A stretch of DNA of 40,627 nucleotides from a virus. Taxonomy: Duplodnaviria; Caudoviricetes. Position 1 is the first letter of the stretch. Every line of letters starts with the position of its first letter. The notes under the pieces were generated by a model. The model was given only the letters and a program-made list of their open reading frames with translations. It made no database searches and had not been told where the DNA came from. A program made the translations under genes and the position numbers. Shown piece by piece: positions 1 to 7,463 of the stretch. The stretch is from the IMG/VR virus record IMGVR_UViG_3300012982_000003, positions 1 through 40,627 of that record. One strand, given 5' to 3'.

Positions 1-66
1 GAGCCAAGTGGGGAGCCAAGTGCGGAGCCAAGTGGGGAGCCAAGTGGGGAGCCAAGTGCGGAGCCA
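1..66 (+). repeat. 12-bp coding tandem repeat GAGCCAAGTG(G/C)G, five copies plus a partial, encoding SQV(G/R)
   Basis: Read directly at 1-60 plus GAGCCA; truncated by the window edge. Confidence 0.95.
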
Positions 67-697
67 GTCTGTTAACAATTATCGCGGCGGCGCATTTTGG
101 GCCTCGTGGTGCGCCTACATCACCTTTCTGCGCGATGTTGCGGCCTGGAATGACTCAGCACTGAGCAAATTCAAAATCGACGAAGATTTATCAACCTCAT
201 GCGGCTGGGTCTGGTGGCACGAAAATGTACTTGCTATCTCTGATCGGCCAGCAGAGTTGCGCCGAGACGATCAAGGCCGGCTTCATGCAGAGCATGGGCC
301 ATCCATCGCGTATCGAGACGGATGGAGCCTATATCACTGGCATGGTGTATCGGTGCCGTCAGAATGGATTACTGAAAAAAATTCGCTCACTGCGGCAACG
401 GCGCTTTCGTGGGAAAACATTGAGCAGCGCCGTGCAGCTTGTGAAATTGTTGGCTGGCATAACGTGCTATCGCAACTGAACGCTCGAACAATCAACAAAA
501 ACAGCAATCCGCAAATAGGGACGCTGCTGGAAGTTGATTTACCGGATAGCGGGAAAGAACGGTTTCTGCAAGTGAAGTGTGGTACTGGCCGGGACTTTTG
601 TATTCCGGTGCCGCGCGAAATGAAGACTGCTGAACAAGCGCAACTGTGGACATACGGCGTCGATGACGCTTCCTATTTACCCGAGGTGAGGACTTAA
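1..697 (+). CDS. DUF6745-domain phage protein, 5' truncated
   Basis: SQV repeat linker followed by CGWVWW...SDRP...DDQGRLH..HGP.I.Y.DGW.LY.WHGV.VP and ENIEQRRAACEI, typical of DUF6745. Confidence 0.8.
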   Translation, partial: SQVGSQVRSQVGSQVGSQVRSQSVNNYRGGAFWASWCAYITFLRDVAAWNDSALSKFKIDEDLSTSCGWVWWHENVLAISDRPAELRRDDQGRLHAEHGPSIAYRDGWSLYHWHGVSVPSEWITEKNSLTAATALSWENIEQRRAACEIVGWHNVLSQLNARTINKNSNPQIGTLLEVDLPDSGKERFLQVKCGTGRDFCIPVPREMKTAEQAQLWTYGVDDASYLPEVRT

Positions 698-699
698 CA

Positions 700-1044
700 A
701 TGGAAATCATAACTTTCAAAAACTGCGCAGCACAGGGCGATATTCTCATTCATCGCATTCAGGCTTTGCCGCTTGGCGCGATAAAGCAATCCGATGACAG
801 CGGCAAGCACATCGTCGCGCACAGCGAGACCGGACACCATCATACCGTCGCTTCCGCTGGCGTTGACTTTTACCATGCTGCAAATGATCCGATGGTGATG
901 TTCTTGGTAGTCGATAACGAAGCCGATTTGATTCATAACAGGGGTTTCGACACGCATAAAACTATACGGTTCGACAAGGGTATCTATGAAATAAGACGTC
1001 AGCGCGAGCATACCCCAGAAGGCTGGCGGCGCGTTGCGGACTAG
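700..1044 (+). CDS. Conserved phage protein usually paired with DUF6745
   Basis: QGD, HSETGHHH, H...H and YEIRRQRE motifs; GAGG RBS. Confidence 0.75.
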   Translation: MEIITFKNCAAQGDILIHRIQALPLGAIKQSDDSGKHIVAHSETGHHHTVASAGVDFYHAANDPMVMFLVVDNEADLIHNRGFDTHKTIRFDKGIYEIRRQREHTPEGWRRVAD

Positions 1045-1054
1045 AGGTGAAGCC

Positions 1055-1309
1055 ATGAGCGCAATCATTGCAAACAGTCTTGAAAGCCTAATCGCACAGT
1101 TGAAGAACGATCCTGTCGAGTTGGCGCAGAACTATATTGCGGACCCGACCATGTTGCTGCAAGAACTGCTCGGATCGATTCATCGCTACGAGCGCATGTG
1201 TTCGGGTGATTCACGCGATGAACGCGAACAGGAAGCACGCTTGACGTTGGATGACATGATTATGTTTCGCGATGAGGCAATAAAAGTCGCGGCTGGGTTG
1301 TCTTTTTAG
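1055..1309 (+). CDS. Hypothetical protein
   Basis: GAGGTG RBS before ATG at 1055. Confidence 0.65.
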   Translation: MSAIIANSLESLIAQLKNDPVELAQNYIADPTMLLQELLGSIHRYERMCSGDSRDEREQEARLTLDDMIMFRDEAIKVAAGLSF

Positions 1310-1321
1310 GAGGGTGAAGCC

Positions 1322-1480
1322 ATGACCAAAACAGACTACAGCACCACGCTTCGCCCTTGGTGGCGTCGTCGTCCGATGGCTACGCAATCACCCCGCGATG
1401 GTGAAAGACTGCTCGCGCGCACCCTTGAAATATTGCTGGCCGTGGTTGCTGCGGCGATTGCGCTGGGGCTGGCGGCATGA
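1322..1480 (+). CDS. 52-aa protein with hydrophobic C-terminus (not in ORF track)
   Basis: AGGAGG RBS; translates MTKTDYSTTLRPWWRRR...LLAVVAAAIALGLAA; ATGA overlap with next ORF. Confidence 0.6.
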   Translation: MTKTDYSTTLRPWWRRRPMATQSPRDGERLLARTLEILLAVVAAAIALGLAA

Positions 1481-1545
1481 CCATGGAACTCGTAGTCCTT
1501 GTGGCAATCATCGTGATAGTTATTTTTTTGAGGTATATGAAATGA
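1477..1545 (+). CDS. 22-aa single-TM peptide MTMELVVLVAIIVIVIFLRYMK
   Basis: ATGA overlaps at both ends; hydrophobic core with basic tail. Confidence 0.5.
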   Translation: MTMELVVLVAIIVIVIFLRYMK

Positions 1546-1793
1546 CATCATTGGCCGACATCCCGAAAGACATTTTCGATGCGCTGGTCGAGTATATGGT
1601 CAAACGTCATCCCGTAGGCGATTTTTTGTATGCCGCGCTGAGTAACGATTTTATGGGTGCAATCTGTCGCGCCGATGATCAAAATATACATGCTCTGCAT
1701 GCAATCGCGATCTATATCTACAACGAAATCCCATCAGCGGCTTGGGGATCGAAAGCGAAAGTTGATGCGTGGCTTGCTGGATACGCGCCATGA
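1542..1793 (+). CDS. Conserved hypothetical phage protein
   Basis: GAGG RBS; PVGDFLYAALSNDFMGAICRAD...IYNEIPSAAWGS motif seen in phage early regions. Confidence 0.7.
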   Translation: MTSLADIPKDIFDALVEYMVKRHPVGDFLYAALSNDFMGAICRADDQNIHALHAIAIYIYNEIPSAAWGSKAKVDAWLAGYAP

Positions 1794-1995
1794 CTGATCT
1801 GCAAGCCATACTGCACAGATTCCGCAATCCGTCGCCACGCGATGATCACGAGGCGCGTAAGGCACGCTTGCTACGTCTATCCGACCGTTCCCCGGATGCT
1901 CTTGACAAGATTTTGCAGTCGAGCGGCGCGGGAATATTCGCCGCTGGCAGGATGCGGAGAATGCTTATTTTGATAAATTGGAGAAAGAGACATGA
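1790..1995 (+). pseudogene. Small early gene frameshifted by a 35-bp insertion
   Basis: Removing 1874-1908 gives MTDLQ...KARLLDFAVERRGNIRRWQDAENAYFDKLEKET*, with ATGA overlaps to both neighbours. Confidence 0.6.
1874..1908 (+). repeat. 35-bp exact dispersed repeat, copy 1 (copy 2 at 16197-16231)
   Basis: CGTCTATCCGACCGTTCCCCGGATGCTCTTGACAA read at both positions. Confidence 0.95.
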
Positions 1996-2846
1996 GCGCA
2001 GCATTACAAACAGCAGAAGCAGGAACGAGTCTGGTTGCTCGGTTCGCGTCGCGCTACGGCGTCGAGCCTAACAAGCTGATGACGACGCTAAAGGCCACGG
2101 CGTTCAAGGTTAAAGACGGCGAGGCCACGAATGAGCAGATGATGGCACTGCTTATTGTCGCAGACCAGTACGGCCTAAATCCATTCACGAAAGAGATTTA
2201 CGCATTCCCCGACAAGAAGAACGGCATCGTCCCCGTTGTTGGCGTGGATGGCTGGAGTCGCATCATCAACGAGAATCCGGCTTTTGATGGCATGGATTTT
2301 AATGAATCGCAAGAAACCGCAACGCCAGACGGCGGCAAGGAATGCCCGAGGTGGATTGAGTGCGTAATCCACCGCAAGGACAGGTCGCATCCGATCCGCA
2401 CGAAGGAATATCTGGACGAAGTATACCGGCCAGCTTTTCGCGGCCAGAACGGTCCTGTCGTCGGTCCTTGGCAAACTCATACGAAGCGGTTCCTGCGGCA
2501 CAAGTCAATGATTCAATGCGCGCGCATCGCGTTCGGGTTCGCCGGCATATTCGACCAGGACGAAGCAGAGCGGATCATTGAAGGCGAGACATTCCGCGAA
2601 GAATCGACGCGCCCTGATATCGAAGTCGCCAAGGAACAATTTGCGGATGCTATCACAGCCATCAAGGACGGTATTAAGGAAGGCAATCTGGTGGCGGCAT
2701 CGAAAGTGTGGAACGAATTATCGAACGATACGCAAATGCGCCTATGGGTTGCGCCAACAAAAGGAGGCCCATTCAGCGCCGAGGAACGTGAAGTAATTCA
2801 TTCATCGCAGTTCGCACAGGCTTACTTTGGAGGCAAAGACCAATGA
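1992..2846 (+). CDS. bet: Phage single-strand annealing recombinase, Red-beta (Bet) family
   Basis: LIVADQYGLNPFTKEIYAFPDK..GIVPVVGVDGWSRIIN and WQTHTKRFLRHKSMIQCARIAFGFAGIFDQDEAERI. Confidence 0.95.
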   Translation: MSAALQTAEAGTSLVARFASRYGVEPNKLMTTLKATAFKVKDGEATNEQMMALLIVADQYGLNPFTKEIYAFPDKKNGIVPVVGVDGWSRIINENPAFDGMDFNESQETATPDGGKECPRWIECVIHRKDRSHPIRTKEYLDEVYRPAFRGQNGPVVGPWQTHTKRFLRHKSMIQCARIAFGFAGIFDQDEAERIIEGETFREESTRPDIEVAKEQFADAITAIKDGIKEGNLVAASKVWNELSNDTQMRLWVAPTKGGPFSAEEREVIHSSQFAQAYFGGKDQ

Positions 2847-3889
2847 GCGCGCAATTACAAGAGCAGTCCGGCATCCCGCTTATCAAGTACAGCGTTACCG
2901 ACGCGAAGCTCGCCGAGTTGCGCGAGAAGTACAAGCACGTACCGAACGCGGAAACCGAAGTTGGTTACAGCCTCATCAAGGCCGCTCTGTCTGAACTGGT
3001 GCCGCTGCGTACTGGCGTGGACAAGAAGCGCAAAGAACTCAAGGCCGATTCACTGGAATGGGGCCGCAAGGTCGATGCAGAAGCGAAGCGCATAACTGAG
3101 GCGTTGGAAGCTATCGAACGGCCGTTGCGAGAAGCCAAAGACTGGGTAGATGCCGAAGCCGAGCGCCGCAAACAGGAACAAATTCAGGCGGCAGCAAAAG
3201 CACTGGCGGCAGTTGAAGCGCGCATTTCCCGCATTCTGGGATTTGCCGAGTATCTGATCGGCGCGACGGCTGCGAACCTGCGCGAATCGCTGTTGAAACT
3301 CGACGCCATACCGATTGACGACAGTTTTGAGCCGCTGAAAAGCAAAGCCACCGCGGTACATGCCGAAGTCCGAAAGAAGATCGAATCGGCCCTTGCGGAA
3401 CGGGTACTGTTTGAAGAACAGCAGGCCATCCAAGCCAAGCAGGCCGCTGAACTCAAGGCCCAACAGGATGCGCTCGCCGCAGAGCAAGCCGCGCTGACGG
3501 CTGCGCAGGAAGCCCACAACGCCGCGATGCGCGCCGAGCAGGACAAGGCTGCGGCAGAGCAACAACGCATTGAGCGCGAGGCCGCTGCAAAGCGCGACGC
3601 TGAACTTGCAGCAGAACGTGCGGAAGCGGCAAGAATCAAGGCTGAGAACGACAGGCTCCAGCGCGAAGCATCTACGGCAAAAGCGGAAAAGGAACGAGCC
3701 GAAGCGGCCGAGCGCAAGCGCCTTAAAGACGAAGCGCGCCGCCCCGATACTGAAAAGCTGATCGCGTTTGCCGACGAATTGCTGGCCTTGAAAGGGCCAA
3801 GTGTAAAAGATCAATCCTGCAAAGAGCTTTTATATATTGCTCTTCATCAGATCCATGAAGCGGCGAACAAACTGAAAGAGGCCGCATAA
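2843..3889 (+). CDS. Coiled-coil phage protein (DUF1351-like N-terminus)
   Basis: LRTGVDKKRKELK...GRKVDAEAKRITE.L..IE.PL followed by an Ala/Glu/Gln-rich helix; coupled to bet. Confidence 0.7.
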   Translation: MSAQLQEQSGIPLIKYSVTDAKLAELREKYKHVPNAETEVGYSLIKAALSELVPLRTGVDKKRKELKADSLEWGRKVDAEAKRITEALEAIERPLREAKDWVDAEAERRKQEQIQAAAKALAAVEARISRILGFAEYLIGATAANLRESLLKLDAIPIDDSFEPLKSKATAVHAEVRKKIESALAERVLFEEQQAIQAKQAAELKAQQDALAAEQAALTAAQEAHNAAMRAEQDKAAAEQQRIEREAAAKRDAELAAERAEAARIKAENDRLQREASTAKAEKERAEAAERKRLKDEARRPDTEKLIAFADELLALKGPSVKDQSCKELLYIALHQIHEAANKLKEAA

Positions 3890-4000
3890 TGAGCGACATT
3901 GAATTTGTAAATGGTCTGCTGGTAAAGGCTCCGCACGCCAAGGCACCGGATTACGTCCGAGTGGATCAACGTAGTGATTAAGGTTTCCGGCAAGACTGGT
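3889..4000 (+). pseudogene. Internally deleted remnant of a small conserved phage protein (possibly SSB-like)
   Basis: MSDIEFVNGLLVKAPHAKAPDYV in one frame, EWINVVIKVSGKTG in the next frame; TAATG overlap. Confidence 0.55.
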
Positions 4001-4519
4001 ATGAACGAAATTCCAAGAGAGATATTAGCGAAGCTGGCATCAAATCAAGACATCAATGCCGGGTACATCACCAAGCTTGTCAATGCCGGGTACATCACCG
4101 ATCTGGCCAATGCCGGGTACATCACCGAGCTGGCCAATGCCGGGTACATCACCAAGCTGGCCAATGCCGGGTACTTCACCAAGCTGGTCGATGTGCCAGT
4201 TATCGACAAGCCATACACTCGCATTGTATCTGACATAAAAGAAGGTCGGCGAATTCACAGGCAGTCAACGTTCGGGCCGGATAGAGATCCTTCGACCAAT
4301 CTATGTAAGACGCCGATGTGCACCGCTGGACACATAGTCAATCTAGCCGGTCCAGAAGGGTATGCGCTCAAGGAAAAATACGGGTGGAGTGCGGCCGCTG
4401 CAATCTTATTTGAGAAAGCACACCCCGGCTGGCCTCAGCAAAACTATGGGAACATCCCACAAGAATGGGCGATGGCGTTTTTGGAGACGATGGCTGAGCG
4501 CGAGGCGAGCGAGCCATGA
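4001..4519 (+). CDS. Repeat-containing protein (NAGYITxLA x5) with C-terminal CxTxxCxAG domain
   Basis: ORF track; C-terminal LCKTPMCTAGHIV.LAG..G..L motif resembles the domain following pentapeptide repeats in phage proteins. Confidence 0.7.
   Translation: MNEIPREILAKLASNQDINAGYITKLVNAGYITDLANAGYITELANAGYITKLANAGYFTKLVDVPVIDKPYTRIVSDIKEGRRIHRQSTFGPDRDPSTNLCKTPMCTAGHIVNLAGPEGYALKEKYGWSAAAAILFEKAHPGWPQQNYGNIPQEWAMAFLETMAEREASEP
4054..4188 (+). repeat. 27-bp coding tandem repeat, five copies
   Basis: CAATGCCGGGTAC(A/T)TCACC.... units start at 4054, 4081, 4108, 4135, 4162. Confidence 0.95.
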
Positions 4520-4535
4520 ACGACGAGGAACTGAC

Positions 4536-4967
4536 ATGAGCAAACAACTGATAGCCGCAATCGATCACTGGCTGGCCTGTACTGAAATGACCGGCAACGT
4601 TGGGACTGCCGAAGAACTATTGATGCACGCCCGAAAAGAACTCGTGAAGGGATTCGAGTTCAAGGACGAGTTCAAGGATGTTAGCGGTGCCACGGCTGAA
4701 GGCTTTTACATCAAAGATGATGAAGCGAAGGCCGATGTTGGCAAACAGATAGAAGAGCAGTGGCGCGGGGCGAAAGAGGCAATAGAGGCAATAGCTAGCA
4801 TTGGTCAGGACGATACCCTGCTTGCTAAGCTGCTGGCAGAGCGTGACGCCCTCGCGATCAAGTTGCAGGAGGTTAAGGAGTGGACAGAAAATCCTTGTAT
4901 CAGTGATGCGCTGTGGTCCGAAGGATATATTCAGGCGCGCGAAATCGTGAAGGAGATTTTGAAATGA
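4536..4967 (+). CDS. Hypothetical protein
   Basis: GAGGA RBS before ATG 4536; ATGA overlap with next gene. Confidence 0.65.
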   Translation: MSKQLIAAIDHWLACTEMTGNVGTAEELLMHARKELVKGFEFKDEFKDVSGATAEGFYIKDDEAKADVGKQIEEQWRGAKEAIEAIASIGQDDTLLAKLLAERDALAIKLQEVKEWTENPCISDALWSEGYIQAREIVKEILK

Positions 4968-5149
4968 CTGACACCGGCGACCGCCCGACCTACCAAGTGC
5001 TTGCCCTGCAAATGCAGATCGTCCGCGCGTGGATTTCTGCAATGAAGGGCGTTGCGATTGTGGATGAGATTGACAGGGCATCTTACGAGGCGGCGTGCCA
5101 ATTGGAAAGGCTGATCGATGTGGGGAAGGACGGCGAGAAACTGACATGA
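4964..5149 (+). CDS. Hypothetical protein
   Basis: AAGGAG RBS, ATGA overlap. Confidence 0.6.
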   Translation: MTDTGDRPTYQVLALQMQIVRAWISAMKGVAIVDEIDRASYEAACQLERLIDVGKDGEKLT

Positions 5150-5198
5150 CTGCGCCCGGAGCATTCCCGCTCCGCGATGAACAGATTGGAGGAATGAT

Positions 5199-5483
5199 AT
5201 GAAAATCAGAGAGGAAATTTTTCGCAGCGTCACGAGAAATGTCCCAGAGGGAGTGATTCCTCCGCGCTGGGCGCTGATTATACGCGCCGTGTTATTCCCG
5301 CTTGATGCATTCTATTGGCACATGAATAAATCGCGCGGGTACAGGTGGGATAACGACACATGGAGTATTTACGGCGTCACCTATTCTGGCAAAGGTCTCA
5401 AGCTGCTGGCTCAAGCGACCGGGGAAACGTACCGCATAACCAGAACAGGGGAAACTTTAACATTTGAGCGTGTGTCTGGTTAA
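5199..5483 (+). CDS. Hypothetical protein
   Basis: GGAGG RBS; ORF track. Confidence 0.65.
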   Translation: MKIREEIFRSVTRNVPEGVIPPRWALIIRAVLFPLDAFYWHMNKSRGYRWDNDTWSIYGVTYSGKGLKLLAQATGETYRITRTGETLTFERVSG

Positions 5484-5504
5484 TGATCCTCACTCGTTGG
5501 CGCT

Positions 5505-5708
5505 ATGAACCCTAACTTACTAAGCCAAGACGACCTGCGCGAGTACACGGGCATCGTGCACAAGAGCCTGCTGGTCGAGTGGCTGAAAAAGAACCGTGTT
5601 GCTTACTACATGAACGCGAAGGGCGAAATTGTGACGACGCTGGCCGCGCTCAACAAACCGTTGATCGGGTCCGAGACCGAGAATAGAGTGGTGCCGGAGT
5701 TTACTTAG
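5505..5708 (+). CDS. xis: Excisionase-like protein (DUF4224 type)
   Basis: LLSQDDLREYTG......EWL.......NAKG pattern; immediately upstream of integrase. Confidence 0.75.
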   Translation: MNPNLLSQDDLREYTGIVHKSLLVEWLKKNRVAYYMNAKGEIVTTLAALNKPLIGSETENRVVPEFT

Positions 5709-5717
5709 GAGAACATC

Positions 5718-6689
5718 ATGGCCCGCAAAAGAAATCCTGAAAACGATTGGCTACCACCGCGTGTATCACCGGGACGATCCGCTTACGAGTACCGATTCCG
5801 TGGCAAGATCACGCCGATATGCCCCTTGGACTCGCCGAGGTCCGAGGTCTGGCGCGCCTACGAGTCCTTCATGACCGGCACGCAGGAACGGCGCACCCTA
5901 CGCTGGCTGTCAGACAAGTTTTTGGGGTCAGAACGATTCCTGGCGCTGGCTGCGAAGACACGCCGAGAGTACGAGCGCCAGAGCAAAAAGATCATGGACT
6001 ATCCGCTTAAGTCGGGGAAGTTTGGAGACGTGGACCTTTATGACTTCACGCCGGGCGTGTTCCGCCAGTATCTTGACCGTGCCGACCATAAGCCGATGGC
6101 GAACAGCGATCTTGCCTATATCAGCACAGTATGGTCATGGGGCTACGAGCGCGACATGGCTCCAGCAAACCCCTGTAAGGGCGTCAGACGCCATAAAACG
6201 CCGCCTAGAACGCGCTACGTGACACACGATGAGTTTGCTGCCGTCAAGGCCTCTGCGCCGGCTTACATCCAGGTTGCAATGGAACTGGCTTACCGCTGCC
6301 GGATGCGCTGGGTCGAGGTATTCAGACTGGAATGGGCGGACGTGTCTGACAAGGGCATCCTGCTCAAGCGGGTGAAAGGCTCCAAAACCCAACTGATTTT
6401 GTCCTCGCCTGAACTTGTGGCCGCGCTGGATCAGGCCAAGGCGCTGCCGGGGGCTAAGTCGCTGAAGTACGTCATTCACGACACGGCCGGCCAGCCGTAT
6501 CTCTACGACACGTTTTCAAGTGCGTGGGGCAGGATTGCTACGAAGACCGGAGTTTCGTTCCACTTCCACGACTTGAAAGCTAAGGGAGTGACGGACTTCG
6601 ATGGCAATAAGCTACTGGCATCCGGCCACAAATCGGCATCTATGCTCGCGGTTTATGACCGTGGGATTGATGAGGTTGATGCGACCTAG
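5718..6689 (+). CDS. int: Tyrosine integrase
   Basis: NPCKGVRR, R in RCRMRWVE, KGSK, FHFHDLKAKG, SGH, VYDR catalytic Tyr; AGGAG RBS. Confidence 0.95.
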   Translation: MARKRNPENDWLPPRVSPGRSAYEYRFRGKITPICPLDSPRSEVWRAYESFMTGTQERRTLRWLSDKFLGSERFLALAAKTRREYERQSKKIMDYPLKSGKFGDVDLYDFTPGVFRQYLDRADHKPMANSDLAYISTVWSWGYERDMAPANPCKGVRRHKTPPRTRYVTHDEFAAVKASAPAYIQVAMELAYRCRMRWVEVFRLEWADVSDKGILLKRVKGSKTQLILSSPELVAALDQAKALPGAKSLKYVIHDTAGQPYLYDTFSSAWGRIATKTGVSFHFHDLKAKGVTDFDGNKLLASGHKSASMLAVYDRGIDEVDAT

Positions 6690-6699
6690 GGGTATTTAA

Positions 6700-7131
6700 A
6701 TGCCAAAGCCGAGAAACCCTGAAAACCTTCATCTTCCCAAAAACGTCTATAGGGGCAGGAGTGGTTATCATCTAATAAAGCCATATCTGCGACTTTGCGG
6801 CCCCGATGCGACAATAGAAGAAATCAAGGCGTCTCTGCAATTGATCGATGACGGAACAGGATTTCCCACGAAGAATCAGATACTGCATATATCAAAGCCA
6901 GTTTCTTTGTGTGGCATATATTTTTTAATAAAAAACAAAGAGATTGTATATGTTGGTAAAAGCACAAACATAAGATCACGAATAGTGAACCACTATTTTT
7001 CTAAAAAAGATTTTGACAGGATATCTGTAATTGAACTGGATAAGAGCCGACTCGATTCTTATGAAAAACACTATATAAAATCTTTAAGGCCGAAATTTAA
7101 TACCCTCGGCGTGACCATATGTGAAAGATAG
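6700..7131 (+). CDS. GIY-YIG nuclease fused to an integrase-like N-terminal DNA-binding domain
   Basis: GIYFLIKNKEIVYVGKSTNIRSRI.NH...E..YI..L.PKFN; N-terminus aligns with Int residues 1-45. Confidence 0.85.
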   Translation: MPKPRNPENLHLPKNVYRGRSGYHLIKPYLRLCGPDATIEEIKASLQLIDDGTGFPTKNQILHISKPVSLCGIYFLIKNKEIVYVGKSTNIRSRIVNHYFSKKDFDRISVIELDKSRLDSYEKHYIKSLRPKFNTLGVTICER

Positions 7132-7172
7132 GATGAAGACTCAGTCTAAGCACGAATTATGACAGTTACAAA

Positions 7173-7310
7173 ATTAAACAAGTTACTGAGAGTAAAGGAG
7201 AAAAATGGTGCCGGAGAGAGGAGTCGAACCTCCGACCTACTGATTACGAATGAAATCTGAAACAGATATATATTAATCGGTTGCGACCGTTCATTGAAAT
7301 GAAAAGATTG
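7173..7310. promoter_or_regulatory. AT-rich attP arms with three imperfect IHF-like sites (7173-7185, 7271-7283, 7298-7310)
   Basis: ATTAAACAAGTTA, TATTAATCGGTTG and AATGAAAAGATTG compared with WATCAANNNNTTR. Confidence 0.45.
7206..7251 (-). other. attP core: 46-bp 3' half of tRNA-Thr(CGT)
   Basis: Reverse complement ATTCGTAATCAGTAGGTCGGAGGTTCGACTCCTCTCTCCGGCACCA has CGT anticodon loop, T-arm and CCA; 5' half absent; phage genes on both sides. Confidence 0.92.
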
Positions 7311-7372
7311 TGCTTTATTTGACAATTCTGGAATTATTGTACACTTTAGAGGACCAGCAAAGGAGAGCTGAC

Positions 7373-7462
7373 ATGTGGGCATTATGGGTTGGATTGACGC
7401 TGCTCGGCGTATACGGTTTCGCCTGCTGGGCGGTGCTGAAGTGCAACAGGTGGGAGCGATGA
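7373..7462 (+). CDS. 29-aa membrane peptide MWALWVGLTLLGVYGFACWAVLKCNRWER
   Basis: AAGGAG RBS, ATG 7373, ATGA overlap with the 7459 ORF. Confidence 0.6.
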   Translation: MWALWVGLTLLGVYGFACWAVLKCNRWER

Positions 7463-7463
7463 C
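7448..7463 (+). repeat. 16-bp direct repeat AGGTGGGAGCGATGAC, left copy (right copy 8730-8745)
   Basis: Read directly; extends to 18 of 19 bp. Confidence 0.9.

Noticed and set aside
1-66. Iterons or non-coding repeat
   Set aside because: In-frame SQV(G/R) linker typical of DUF6745 proteins
3050-3814. Long antisense ORFs opposite the coiled-coil gene, and similar shadows opposite late genes
   Set aside because: Expected shadows of GC-rich coding sequence; no RBS or motifs
4054-4188. CRISPR-like array
   Set aside because: Units are contiguous, 27 bp, in frame, without unique spacers; no cas genes
7206-7251. Complete tRNA-Thr gene
   Set aside because: Only the 3' half is present; no D-arm or 5' acceptor strand, so it is an att core
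7319-7345. Sigma70 promoter TTGACA...TACACT for the moron
   Set aside because: Spacer is only 15 nt; plausible but not supportable
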